From Lytechinus pictus (taxonomy: Eukaryota), in contig NC_087249.1 of the NCBI RefSeq assembly GCF_037042905.1, positions 33,170,001 to 33,234,000 on the forward strand: a stretch of DNA of 64,000 nt, given 5' to 3'. This document shows positions 38,719-51,880 of this stretch, piece after piece. The first letter of the stretch is position 1; each line of letters starts with the position of its first letter. Position numbers and translations under genes: made by a program. The notes below the pieces were generated by a model that saw only the letters and a program-made list of their open reading frames with translations, was not told where the DNA came from and did not search any database.

Positions 38719-39877
38719 GACACCGTTCTCATGCAATCTCATTATACATGTGCTTTCTAAATACTGGAAATCGTTTCAGGACACCATGCAGTTTCGAAGA
38801 TCGCTCTGCCAGCGTTCCCATTTGATCAGCCGAAACTGGTTTTCAAAACCACTTCATGTGAAGTGGCCTTGTTGCTATGGGAACGCTCTTAGTGGGGATG
38901 ACGTGTTTTTCGCCAAATTCGAAACCACAGCGTAGACCTTCTATACACAGTGTATACAGTAGCGCGCTCAAAATGAAGATCGCTTCCAGAAGAACAGTTG
39001 TGTCCTCACCCCGGGGGGGCCACTTACATTGACGAGTGGATACCATGCGCGACCAAAAAAAACACGTAAAAAGGATGTCTTTTTCAAGATAGGGCACGTT
39101 ACGTACGTAACGTGATAAGGGTGTCAAAAACACAAAAATATTGAAAAAAGGGTATCTATTTTGCCCGGAAAAATATACATCTTTAGGGTCAAATGTGCGG
39201 GGATGATAAAACAAAATCAAAATGTTTTATAAAGGATGTCTTTTTTGCCCCAACACTACGTGTTTAGAGTCCGATTTGCGCGAGGTGTGGAAGATGGGGC
39301 CGTACTTAACCAAAATAATGGTGTCTAAAGGTAAAACCGACGACCGACGGACGCGTGACATAAAAACAAAATATATCTGTACTTGTTTAGGGGTTCATTT
39401 CAGGGAATACTTGCTAAGAGTATCGTTTTGTTTCCAATACTTGTTAAGGGGTGCATTTTCAGAATATGGAAAATACATCGCTGTACTTGTTTAGGGGCTC
39501 AGTTCTGGGAATACTTGCCAATAGTATTTGTTTCCAATACTTTTTAAGGGTAGGGTTTCACACGCCAATACTTGTTAAGGGGTGCATTTTCAGAATATGG
39601 AAAATACGTGTTTAGGGTGCTTCTCAAGACCCCGTGGTCACGCATGGTATCCACTCGTCAATGGAAGTGGCCCCCCCCCCCCCCGGGGTCCTCACTTTAC
39701 GCTGAAACCAGTTTTATGAGGCAGAGCGATCTTTATACTACATCACGAGGTGGTTTTCCAAACTTGTTAGGAAGATTGCTTCCAAGACCGCTTTGACCAT
39801 TCTCATTACACGTTAAACAAGTTTCCACTTTTCACTTGTTTCTAGTTTTCGTTTTAGGGAGTAATGAGAACGGTGTC
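38719..39877. mobile_element. Harbinger-like MITE hosting family F copy 3
   Basis: 14-bp TIR GACACCGTTCTCAT / ATGAGAACGGTGTC with flanks TAA/AAA. Internal inverted repeat AAGATCGCTCTGCC / GGCAGAGCGATCTT lies on either side of the nested insert. Confidence 0.65.
39010..39687 (+). mobile_element. Family F copy 3, with an internal duplication, nested in another MITE
   Basis: Perfect TSD GTCCTCAC at 39002-39009 and 39688-39695. The segment ctgtacttgtttagggg...ggaaaatac is duplicated internally. Confidence 0.92.
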
Positions 39878-39894
39878 AAATTTAAGCTTATCAT

Positions 39895-40928
39895 GTATGG
39901 TCAGTTCCCCCATGTCTGCGCGGTCTCCCAAGTCTGCGCACCCGCGTATCTGCGCGATTCTAGTAAAAGAAGATACATGTACGCAACGAGCACGAACTTT
40001 ACACATGCAATACATAGACAGGTATTAATTAAAAAATCCGACTCAAAATAGTGGCAAATAATGAATTCAGGGCATTTCATGTGACGGTCTCAAAATGCAG
40101 CCTTTGTCATCAAAATCCCTGAATCGTGTGCAAAGTGAATGAGTGCGCAGACATGGGGTACCAATTTTTTTTTTCAATCTGGAAATGACTGCCCAAAGGT
40201 TTTTTCAAGAAAATCTTATATTTTCTTTCATTTTTTAATGAGAAATTTGGTACACTTACTCTTAATAATATAAGGAACACTATTAACCAAAAGACTTTGT
40301 GTAATAAGAAGAAATTCATGTTAAATCTTAACTCAAATTGTTAGGTGCGCAGACTTGGGGACCACCATCCCGGGGGGGGGGGGGGACTCGACCAAAAAAG
40401 TAGTGGGTATGTGCCGCGGGCGAGACAAAAAAAACGGGGGCCTTGGAGCGGGCTTATTGTAAAAAGGAGGGTCCTCGGAACGGGCTTCGGAACTACAAAT
40501 GTTTGTGAAAACGGGGGTCCTTGGAACGGGTCGCCTGTGAATGAGTGCGTTTTCATCCATTATCGAACGGGCATACGTGCATGCAGCTAGCCCGGCGGCA
40601 CGGGCGCCGGGTGCGCTAACGCAGATGCGATGGTCGGACAGCGCTCTGCGGCCGCTTTTCACCAAAATTGCGGCTCATTGTAGCAGATCAATACGGCTGG
40701 AACGGCGAAACGGAAAATTTGCGAAGCTTTGGAGCGGATTTCTCTCTTCTTTTTTCTCGATAAGAAGAAAATGCTATGCTTTGGAGCGGCTTTCTTTGTT
40801 CTTTTTCTCAATAAGACAAAAATGCTATGCCTTGGAACGGAAATTTGAGTGTAAAAACGGGGGTCCCCTCCGCGGCACATACCCACTATGCATTATGTAC
40901 TGAGTGCCCCCCCAGGCCACCATCATAC
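39895..40928. mobile_element. MITE whose right end is interrupted by family G
   Basis: Inverted repeat CCCAAGTCTGCGCACC (~39927) / GGTGCGCAGACTTGGG (~40344); ATGTATG../..CATACAT at the outer ends once the insert is removed. Confidence 0.55.
40370..40916. mobile_element. GC-rich non-autonomous DNA transposon family G (poly-G/poly-C ends, 8-bp TSD)
   Basis: Perfect TSD CCACCATC at 40362-40369 and 40917-40924. Inverted repeat TAGTGGGTATGTGCCGCGG / CCGCGGCACATACCCACTA; internal repeated TTGGA(A/G)CGG motif. Confidence 0.88.
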
Positions 40929-41924
40929 ATGTACAGTACTGTCCAATGATAACCAGCTCTTTGGCTTTAATAGAATATTCACACCATGTCATCAGTGAAC
41001 ATGGACAGGCCTACTACTGCTTGCATGCACTATATCAATTGCAAAATTACATGTAAATGGTCTACTGCTATGTCTACACGTATAATGGCATTCTTGAATC
41101 TAAATGGATGAATTTATACATGTCTTTCCTGATCTGCATCAGGGCAACCTTTTATAATTAAACTTGTTAAAATAAGATTAAAATAATACTGCACTTTAAA
41201 GCTACTGAAAAAGTGACAGTTGATATGCTTCATCAAATGTTACATTGGTTGTATAGTTTTATGGACAAGTGATGTTGAAAGGTGTTACTGCAATATACAG
41301 TATATTCACTTTGAACCTTCACCCTCCTGCCTCAAATCAGATGATAAGGTGACATCATTAATCAATGCAATATGAATGTTAAAGCAATCATAGCAACGCC
41401 TCCTAATCATGAGTACACCTACCTCCCTCAACCTCGATGATGCTATAACCATCTATTAATGTCAAAGGTCGCTACACATATATGCAATCATCTCACCACG
41501 CGAAGTAAAATATACATGTAACCAAAGCAAGAACTAAATGTGGTCAATTATCTGGAAAAATAATTTGGCGCATGAAGATAAAAATGCTGATAATAATTAG
41601 AACTCACTCTCTCCATCCCCCATCTATTCAGAGATTTCCAGAATATGCCCTAAATATTTGGGATGGAAAAGTGATTTTTATAAATCTGTACGCAAAAACT
41701 AATCCAACAAACATTAAAGCAGAGGATAAAGAACATCACTTTCTTGAAAAATTCACTTGAGAAAAATATAGCTTTAACAAAAAATGTGTACATGTACATG
41801 TAGTGAGTACCAAAAAATAGATATCAGAACAGATTCATGATAGATACAAAGGAGAGGGGGGATAAAGTGACCCCAGTCAAGGGTCATCCCACCCCTCAAA
41901 GGTTACCTCTAATTTAGACTCTAA

Positions 41925-42241
41925 GGCCCGTATTCTGAAGTCAGTTTTAACTTTTAGAACGTGGTCTAACTCTACGGTAAAATTATGGGAAGCCAAAAAT
42001 GTCAAAATTTGTTCACATGGTACATGTAGGTTTCTTTAATACATATGTTTACTGTGCTCTTTCCTTTTCTTTAATGGTGAAGACAATATATATCTTATTT
42101 ATCCTTCCCAGACAGTTAAGAATGATTTGAGAGTTAAATGAGCAGATACTCTAAACCTCTACTGTTAGAGATTGGCTATCCATAGTTAAACCACATCTTT
42201 AGTCCAGAGTTTAAATTAAACCAGACTTCGGAATACGACCC
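41925..42241. mobile_element. Family I, diverged copy
   Basis: GGCCCGTATTCTGAAGTC...GACTTCGGAATACGACC; internal sequence alignable to 51564-51880. Confidence 0.8.
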
Positions 42242-43014
42242 CCAAGGTCTGTCTATTAACACATCACATGGTCTTTATCACTTGTAACAACCTCATGTCC
42301 ACATCATCAACTTTAAACATGGAGTATTAAAAAAAAATAAACATCTTTGGGGATTAAAGTCCAAGTTTTACAACTACACAATGTTTTACAAAAATATACA
42401 GCACAAAAATACACTTGTTTGCACTACAAGTACCAAGATTTCATTCTCCAAACTTGGTTGTAATGATGTAATGTAATGTACATGTATTAAGTTATCAGTC
42501 ATCAAAAAGCAAACAAAAAAGATGAAATTTATATGTATTTTTCAAAAACCTTTTTTGCTTGCACCATACATTGCATTTACATGTAAAATTAAAGATGGTA
42601 ATATTATAACATCCATGTACATCAAGTACAATGTATGTACATGTAATTCATGATCTCCCAACACAATCTTGCATACATGTGAATTTTCAATTCATGATTC
42701 CAAAGAAATTTTCTGTGTGGGTGCAATTAGCATCTTGTACCCCTTTCCCCATAAAGGTATGGCCAGCCCTGGACAGGCCTAAATCTGCCCAATGCAAGTC
42801 CTTCCCACTGCCTAGATTTGAGTAAAAAATAGTAATGGGAAATTTGATGTAAAACTACCTATTTTCCTAAAATAGTGATAACATTAACAAATTCTACATG
42901 AATGTCCGTCTATTGTTGGTGTTTGTGCTGTACATGTAGTATACATTAACAGACTAATCCTGCAATGTAGACATACAGTATCTACATCTATAGTGATTGA
43001 ACATACAATGTCCA

Positions 43015-43233
43015 CAGGGATGCCAGTGGTATTGGTCCTAGGGCCAGAAAATTTATGGGAGGTAAATAATGTGCGCGAAGCCTATTTCAGGGATCATTTT
43101 CTTAAAAATTTAGCTCAAGTTTAGGGGTTATTTTCAATAAGTTGTAATTGCATGACATACATCATACCAAATCATTCATAAGAAACAATGATGCCGCAGT
43201 TCCGGCTAGATAGCCGAAACTCTGGCATCCCTG
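43015..43233. mobile_element. Small hAT-like MITE
   Basis: Perfect 12-bp TIR CAGGGATGCCAG / CTGGCATCCCTG; no TSD visible. Confidence 0.55.
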
Positions 43234-43713
43234 CGTATGATTTTTTCTGAATAGCTCCACATTTTACATACAAGCATTACAGAGCTCTAGAAAAAGTGAG
43301 GCAGAGGAGAGGAGATATGAGACTTGAGAGAGAACAGCAAGAGGGGGGTATTACAAAGGGGCCAGGCACCACAAAAACACAACATATAACTAAAAGCAAA
43401 ACAAAATATAACTAAAACAAAACTGTTTCATCTTGGTGATCAAAGAAGAAATGATTAGTGAAAGGCAGTGAAATTGTAGCATTTTTGAAAGCTGGTACTA
43501 TCACTTACTGGTCGAGTTTTGTTGGATCTAAGCAATATGGCTTCACGGTCCAGCTTGTGGGAGATTGAGGGGGTAGAGTTAAAACATGCATTAACTCCAC
43601 AATACAAGGTTGTTTTCATAAATTCTAAAGTTGCTGCTCTGTAGAAACAATTCCCTTTTTGCAAAGCATCAGTCCAATTCATTAGTGGCCACTTGTTTCA
43701 TATATACACTGTA

Positions 43714-44532
43714 CAGTGCGTCCCAGAAAAAATGAAACCGAGATTTAGCGATGATTTATCATAACTTAATCATAAATAAAATAGACAAATGACCTACCAA
43801 TGTAAAGCTTAGAATCTCCTCTTTCATCTGGTATTATTTAGATTATTCCTTATTCACGCATGATTGAGCAAAAACAATTCGAAGAAAGGATGCCAAAAAC
43901 CCATTTGGCGGGGGGTATCTGAATTTCAAAAAGAAAATCACATGACTAAAAAGTTCAATATCTTCTCTTTTCTTTGATACCTAAATCACAGAAAATGGTC
44001 AAGTAGTAAAAAAGTTATGATCCCTCGAAACAATGCTTGTATTTCCATAATTTCATTAAATAAACGTGTTTTCACCGGTTTCCCACAGAAACTATCGCAC
44101 GATAACAAAAGACTTAATGCATGGCTGATCGTCAACAAAACGGAGTGTCGAGTGAGTTTGAACGCTAGCCTGTAAAACCTCTTCATTTTATGAAATTATT
44201 GAAATTCAAGCCTTATTTCAAATAACCAGAACTTTGTTATTTCTTGACCATTTTCTGTAATTGAGGTATCAAATTAAAGAGCAGATATTGAACTTTTTAA
44301 AAATGTGGTTTTCTTTTTAAAACTCAGATACGGCCCGCCAAGTGACTTTTTGGTATCCCCTTTTCAAATTGTTTTTGCTCACTCATGCGTGAATGAGAAA
44401 TAATCTAAGTAATTTCAGATGAAAGAGGAGATTCTAAGCTTTAAAATGGTAGGTCATTTGTCTATTGTATTTGCGATTAAGTTATGATAAATCATCGATA
44501 AATCTCGGTTTCGTTTTTTGTGGGACGCACTG
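43714..44532. mobile_element. Tc1/mariner-type MITE with long TIRs
   Basis: TA|CAGTGCGTCCCA...TGGGACGCACTG|TA; inverted arms extend for more than 200 bp. Confidence 0.92.
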
Positions 44533-47142
44533 TACATGTACGTAGCAACTTGTGCACAATGAACAGTTCGTCTTTTTCTTCTGATGCTGCCCAACACAAG
44601 ACTCTGATGTCCAGTATCATGACAGCATTACATCTCTGAATCATGTACCAATTTTGTAAATAATAGTCCTTCCTATAGATTAGATTATCCCCTCAAAAAG
44701 AGTTCTAATGCCATTTTATCAAGCCAGGATCCCAGAGGGGTACTTAGATTTGGTTTGGACAGTGGTGTGCTTCTGAAGGTTCTAAACCCATACCCATATT
44801 TATGGGCCATTTTGGCTATTAAGGTACCCATTATTTATAGGGATCTATTAAAATTTGACAAGCAAAAAAAAAAGCCTGGATGGGTAGGGGCAAGGTACAT
44901 GTAGGATTTAAAATGGCAGGCCTAGGAAGGGGGCAAGTTGTTCAGGGGAGAGAGGAGAATCAAAAGGGATCAGAGGCAAGGGACGGGGATTGAAGACCTT
45001 GACTAGTATTTATACTGTAAATATTCTAGTAAATAATTTTCATGATAATTTTGAATCTTGTTTTTCAAGAGTGCATGCACTGTACTTTTGTCATCCAGGG
45101 AGACTGCTTTCTTCCATTCAACACACTGTCCAGCTTTCAAATACTTATACTCTGTTCAGACTTTAAAATATGATAGCAATGCATGGAGAAAAGTTCATTA
45201 TCTGCTTATCACAATGCTCAAAACACTAGATTTATAACAACTACAGAATGTAAAAAAAAATTAACACTTAATACCAACCACATGTAAACATCAAGATCAA
45301 TCTACATTGTACTTTATAATTGATGCAGGTAATATGTCATTTTTAATATGTTTTATTGTAAGTCATGAATTTACATAGATGCACTGTATGAATACAAACC
45401 AAACCCATCATACATTCATAATATCTGGCAGGTATGCATACTCTATTTTAATAGATGTAGTTGATTCAAACACCTTTGTGCTAGAATAAGCTACTTAAAA
45501 GAATACAAAAGGGTGCAGGAAAATAGAAAGTCAAAAATTTGAACATAACAAATTAGAAAGATACACATGGTAGTAGGGATAATTATTGTTAGTCAAATTA
45601 TGAATTACTGTTTTGTACAATTATGTTTTAAAATCTTCCAAACTAATCAAAATACAATGATTAAGGTTCTTTGTACAGACATGATTAAAGTACTCAACAA
45701 TTAATTTCCCGAGTGCAACAATATCATATTTACAGTTAATACTCCTCACTCTCTCACCACATTATCATAATGGAAAATCATGACTCAGAGCAAAAAAAGA
45801 TGGTTCAAAGATATCCTTTTAAGCTCAAAATTGCTGCCCATCACATTTTGTCACTGTGAGTTGAATATTAACAAAGAATAGTCACTGATCGAAACCAGCT
45901 TTGTTTACTTTTCTCGGTGATTAGAACATCGTAGTAAGAATACTTCATGATCCAAATTTCAAATTTTCCCGTTTCCAATATACATGTACATACTGGAGAT
46001 AATTGAAAGAAAAATCAACCTTTGGACACCATTCGTTTTATGATTAGACAAGCAGATCCACAACCTATCCATTTAATTCAGAAAGTCTTCCCTGAATGTA
46101 GGAGAAATCATTTATTTCAAAGAAATCATCATGAATAAGATATCAAAACTTCTGTAATCCAGTATGTTTCCTATATAAGAAGACTAGACTACCATAGATG
46201 GAGGCCTACAAGTAAATGCAGATGATTATTTTATTTGCTATAATTCAGCTTTTTTTTACCGTTATTTTTAATTAACTTGATTGTTCATGCAGTTCATCAA
46301 TATCCAGTAGCTCTGAAACAAATTAGTAACTATGGCTTAATATTAAAATTTTTGGCACTAATCTAAAAGAAATCAATCTGCTTGATTAATTTTATTCATC
46401 AAGAATATCACAGGTGATATTAAATACAATGAATTTGAAGAATACCTTGACAGGATAGCCCATGAAAGCCAAAAGGCTTATTTCCAATGGGGTCCTATTG
46501 TTAGTATAAAACTTTGTATTTGTTCTTCACCATTTATGTGGTTACAATATGAAATTCTTTACTGCATATATAACTACTGAATGCTTGAGATACTACCTAA
46601 ATCTATGTTTACCTGATTACTCATCCAAATGAATTCCTAGAATGTCTAACATTTTAATTTTTTAGGCTTAGGCCTACTCTTTTTTTTTTGCTATATTCAG
46701 TATATCATTTTCTGACAGCTACATGTATTCAATCAAAAACATACAGTATCACTGAGAACATAAAAAGAGGAAACAAATACATTTCCCACAGTTTTTATCA
46801 AAAAGACAAGTAAATCCCTGAAAATAAAATAATCTTCTTTCTCCTCCAAATCTTGTGTTGTTTGTTAACTTATTTCAAATATCTATAATTCAGTGTAATG
46901 TCTACAACTTCAGAGCAGGGAAGTGGGAGTTATGAAATGTGGTATAAAACATGGTTAGGAACTCATGCCAGTTATTTTCATAGATTGCAATTGACTAGAA
47001 AGTGTATATTATTCATACTAATGTAACAGTTCATAAAAAATGGTTGGAGAATAGTTATAATTAGAAATGATATGTACGAAGTAGGGAGGTATTACAGTAT
47101 TAGTCAGAAGGGAAGGGGAGGGGGGTGAGTGTTCAAGCCTAC

Positions 47143-47229
47143 CTGGTGAAGGGCTGGTCCTATAACTGGAACCAGGAACCCATCATGGAAGAACTGGACT
47201 AGTTGATCACTGACAAGGGGGTGCGCAAC
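47143..47229 (-). CDS. FHIP1: FHIP1 coding exon
   Basis: VAHPLVSDQLVQFFHDGFLVPVIGPALHQ. Acceptor ccttgtacag, donor CAG|gtaggc; 87 nt. Confidence 0.95.
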
Positions 47230-47719
47230 CTGTACAAGGGAGGAATATAATTTTTAAGTAAAGCTTCCCTTAACCATCGTTACTACATGTACATGTACAT
47301 GCAAGGGTACAGCAATATGGAATCATTGCAACTCATGCAGCCATGTACACAAATGAGTTAACTTTATATTTAAAAACTAATAAAAACTTTTAAAACCATT
47401 TTTTATACTGTCACAATGTATGACTATTAATTCATCAATAGTGGCTTCATAGTGAACATGAATGGACCTTCAACCCATAGCAAGGTTGGACCAAAGGCCC
47501 TTTTTTAATGTGGGACCTATTGCTTTCTTGCAAGGCACTTTCTGGCAAGATGAGATTGACAATGGCAATATAAGCACAATTTGCTATGCATGCATGGCCC
47601 ACTGATAGATCAGTTGACAGCTGACATAGAGCTCTACCATGGGTATATACAAGAGTAAAATACTATTATCATCAATTATATAAAACCTAGAACCATAATC
47701 TAAGTTGCATAAAACTAAC

Positions 47720-47878
47720 CTGTACAACTGCATTGCAGAACTCCAGGGAGTTGAGAAACATTGCTAGGTCGGGCATGTTTGCAAGGTCCTCATGTGTGAT
47801 CCGATGCCAATGATCAGGAGAGATGTCTAGCTTACCAGGCAGACGCGAGTATAAGGCACCTAGCCCACCTGCCAACAC
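47720..47878 (-). CDS. FHIP1: FHIP1 coding exon
   Basis: VLAGGLGALYSRLPGKLDISPDHWHRITHEDLANMPDLAMFLNSLEFCNAVVQ (FAM160A LF.NSLEFCNAV.Q motif). Acceptor cactctag, donor CAG|gttagt. Confidence 0.96.
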
Positions 47879-47919
47879 CTAGAGTGATAATCAGAGAAAG
47901 AAAAGATCTTCAGCTTTAA

Positions 47920-48503
47920 AGGAGAATGAAACCCTTGAAACCAGCTGAGTCCATATCAAAGAGAAAAATCAAAAAAACATATTGTTGAAAGTTTGAGGAA
48001 GATTGAATGAATAATAAGAAAGTTATGAGCAATTGAATGTCGAGATCGCTAATGCCATGTAGATCCTCCCATTGGCAATGCGACCAAAATCTGTGATGTC
48101 ACACACGTACAACTCCCTCATTACTTTAGTACTTATTTCACTTATATTCTCTCTTTTATAGAGTCTATCACAAGGTGAGGTGTTCTCTTTATGACAGGAC
48201 AAGTACAGAGGTTTCACAACATTATATCATTGATGAATCGTTTGTCATATGATTAGAATGAGCAAAAAGAAATGTTTTGGGGTATATTTTCAGTGTCCAA
48301 AAGGGGAGAGTTGTTCATCTGTGACATCAAAGATCTTGGTCGCATTGCCAATGAGAGGATCTCCGTAGCATTAGTGATCTCGACATTCAAATGCTCATAA
48401 CTCTTCTATTGCTAGTCCTATTTTACTCAAACTTTTGTTGATCTTATTCTTTGATTTTTCTGCTTTCACAAAAGCTAACTTGCTCCAAGAGTTTCATTCT
48501 CCA
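47920..48503. mobile_element. Kolobok-like MITE family A, copy 2
   Basis: Same sequence as 676-1261; right end altered (CCAATAA in place of CCTTTAA). Lies ~40 nt from an FHIP1 splice acceptor. Confidence 0.88.
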
Positions 48504-48644
48504 ATAATTTATTGTACAATAAATGTACATGTACACATATTATGCTACATGTAGATTTACATAATGTATTCATTATGATTGAGGCTTACTCATGCCTTCA
48601 GTTAAAACGCCGTTAAAAAATTTATGCAATGCTGAATGCTACTG

Positions 48645-49118
48645 GTCTTAGAGTAGTCTTACAGAGATCTTTCAATGGTCTTTCAGAGATCTTTTATGCA
48701 AAAAGTGATCTTTCAGAATTCTTTCCATGGACTTTGCCTGGTCTTTCAATGGTCTTTCAATGATCTTTCAATGATCTCTCAGGAGTCTTACAGTGATCTC
48801 CGCAAAAATCTTGAGAGACTGCCGAAAGATCATTGAAAGACTATTAAGACCTTTGAAAGTACATCGAAAGACTGCTGAAAGACCGCTGAAAGACCACTGA
48901 AAGACCATTTTCTTGTAAGACCGTTGTAAGACTGTTTTGAACCGTTTCAAAAAGTTTTGGAGCCCATGAAGACCATGAAGACCGCTGAAAGATTGGTCAG
49001 GACTCGTGTAAGACCTCAAAGACCATTGTAGGTTCATTGAGAGACCTCTGTGAGATCGACCAAAATTCATGGTCTTTGAAAGGTCTTTCAGTGGTCTTGC
49101 TCTCTGTGGAATGGCCCC
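48645..49118. repeat. Array of GGTCTTTCA / TGAAAGACC motifs in both orientations; probable transposon remnant
   Basis: Many copies of (G/A)TCTTTCA(A/G)TG to ~48790, the inverse motif to ~49030, then direct again; ends GTGGAATGGCCCCT. Confidence 0.65.
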
Positions 49119-49858
49119 TTCAATTTTTGATTTTTTTTTTAGAATCAATATTAGAAATTAAACTTTTTATTTTAATAAGATTTGAAATCCTTGTTTAAAC
49201 TGTAACAACATGTACTGTAAGGGTCATACATGTATAGTAAACAGCATTGTATGATAAATTTAAAGCATTTTTACTGTACAGTATGTGACCCTGTACACTG
49301 TATTAAAGCATGTCATACATGTACATGTACCTGCATGAGATTATATCCAATTTTTAATGACTAGAACAAATTTAAAGTGTGATTTAGAAGCAAAATTATT
49401 TTCTATGCTTTGACAAAAATCACAAAATATACTGTACACTACATGTAGACGTATGCACATGTACGGTATGATCACCACAATTTTCCTTTTACTTTTATCT
49501 CAATTCATTTATTGCATATGGATATTTATTTTGTTGGAAGACAGTCACAACTACAAAACGATGTGTTTTCTTTCAATTACCATACATTGTTCCTTTCTCT
49601 AACATTTAATTTTCAAAAGGAATTCACTTTGGAGTTGCAAATGTGATATCTGTGTTACGATGTTTCCGTATTTGAGGACAATTTGGTCATGAGAGGAAAT
49701 GACAGTTTCAAACCCTGGGCATTGGTACAGTTACATGTTAATGTACAGTGTACTCTTTATTAAGTCTTCATATTTGTTGGTCATTCATTTCAGTGTGTAT
49801 GTTTTTAACTGATTATCATTATTAATAATGACAACAAAGAAGGGGAAGACAACACTGA

Positions 49859-50076
49859 GGGGTTGTTGCAAGAAAATATTTGAAATCAATTGAAAATATT
49901 ATCCTGCAATTTTGATACATGTACATGTAGATCATTTTTAGCTGTACTTTTCACTTCTTGTTTCAAGAAGCAAATCAGCAATATATCCCAAATTTACAAT
50001 TAATTTCAAGATATATTATTGATTTTAGAGACTGCAAATAGACTTGAAATTGATTGGAAGTTTCTTGCAATGCCCT
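49859..50076. mobile_element. Degraded MITE
   Basis: GGGGTTGTTGCAAGAAA..ATCAATT / AATTGATT..TTTCTTGCAATGCCC inverted ends. Confidence 0.5.
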
Positions 50077-50247
50077 GTAATTCACTATAAAGCTCTTGCT
50101 CTTATCTTTTGCTATAAAAACATAAGAAGCTGTTTTGTAGTATTCTGTAAAGTAGTATGTAATAAAAATCCTTATGTTCTATAAATGTACATGTACACTG
50201 TACATATAACATTTTCAAATAGAATGAATGAAAAAAAATCTTGTTAA

Positions 50248-50848
50248 AGGTCAAGTCCACCTCAGAAAATGTTGATTTGAATCAACAGAGAAAAATCAGA
50301 CAAGCACAATGCTGAAAATTTCATCAAAATCGGATGTAAAATAAGAAAGTTATGACATTTCAAAGTTTCGCTTATTTTTAACAAAATAGTTATATGAACG
50401 AGCCAGTTACATCCAAATGAGAGAGTCGATGATGTCACTCACTCACTATTTCTTTTGTTTTTTATTGTTTGAATTATACAATATTTCAATTTTTACAAAT
50501 TTGACGATTAGGACCTCCTTGCCTGAAACACAAAATGTTAAAATAATGGAATTCCACGTGTTCAGGGAGGAATGGAACTTCATTTCACATGACAATGACG
50601 AGAAAATAAAAATATTTCATATTTCATATAATGAAATACAAAAGAAATAGTGAGTGAGTGATGTCATCAGTTCCTCATTTGCATACCGACCGAGATGTGC
50701 TTATAACTGTTTTGTGAAATTAAGCGAAACTTTAAAATGCCATAACTTTCTAATTTTACATCCGATTTTGATGAAATTTTCAGTGTTATGCTTGTTGAAT
50801 TTTTCTCTTTTTATTCAAATCAAGTTTTTGTTGGGGTGGACTTGTCCT
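50248..50848. mobile_element. Kolobok-like MITE family D
   Basis: TTAA|AGGTCAAGTCCACC...GGTGGACTTGTCCT|TTAA with extended subterminal inverted repeats. A degraded relative lies at ~15960-16435. Confidence 0.88.
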
Positions 50849-51243
50849 TTAAAAAGCTACATACAAATCACAAACGGATCCCATGTTTTGAAAAAAATTT
50901 AAAAAGCTATTAAATATGACTATAAACTTTAATATTGCTTTAAAAAAATACACCGGTAGTTACATGTATACTACTCCTGGTACATGTATGTGGCAAAATT
51001 TAGTGGAGCCATGCAGTTAATACATGTGCACACTGAATTAGAATATGGCTTCAAGGTGAGTCCGTACATGTAGTTCATAAATCATTAACAGAAAATGATG
51101 AACTAAATACTGTATGACCCTCCAGGGTAGATATGTTAGATTGCAAATTAATCATTTTAAGATGTAACACATTTGGTATCTTTATCATACTGTACATGTA
51201 CTTATCATCACCATTATTATTGTTTTCATAAATATTATTACCA

Positions 51244-51445
51244 NNNNNNNNNNNNNNNNNNNNNNNNNNNNNNNNNNNNNNNNNNNNNNNNNNNNNNNNN
51301 NNNNNNNNNNNNNNNNNNNNNNNNNNNNNNNNNNNNNNNNNNNNNNNNNNNNNNNNNNNNNNNNNNNNNNNNNNNNNNNNNNNNNNNNNNNNNNNNNNNN
51401 NNNNNNNNNNNNNNNNNNNNNNNNNNNNNNNNNNNNNNNNNNNNN
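51244..51445. other. Assembly gap (202 N)
   Basis: Run of N characters. Confidence 1.
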
Positions 51446-51563
51446 GTCATCATAAATAATAGGCCTATCATAATTTTAACAGTACATGTAGCAGCAGCAG
51501 TGTTATCCCCATTTGTATACTCTCCATGCCAAAACTATCAAAAGCTCACTAGTATAATCCATT

Positions 51564-51880
51564 GGCCCGTATTCTGAAGTCGGGTTTAATTTAAACTCAG
51601 GTTTAAAGTTATGGTTTAAGTATGGGAAGCCAAAAGTATCAAATTTTTTTTTCAAGTTGTATGTTTCTTATGTTTACTGTGCTCTTTCCTGATTCATCGA
51701 TGGTGAAGACAATAATCTTTTCATATTTCCTAAACAATTATGAATGATTTGAGAGCCAAATGAGCTGAAGTATCATACTGTATCTCTACTGTTAGTGATT
51801 TATGTAACAATTGGCTGTCCATACTTAAACCACAACTTTAAACCTGAGTTTAAGTTAAACCCGACTTCAGAATACGGGCC
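51564..51880. mobile_element. PIF/Harbinger-like MITE family I
   Basis: ~60-bp TIR GGCCCGTATTCTGAAGTCGGGTTTAA... with 3-bp duplication ATT/ATT. Older copy at 41925-42241 and an end fragment at ~1480-1569. Confidence 0.88.

Noticed and set aside
51173-51577. ORFs spanning the N run
   Set aside because: They are artefacts of the assembly gap.
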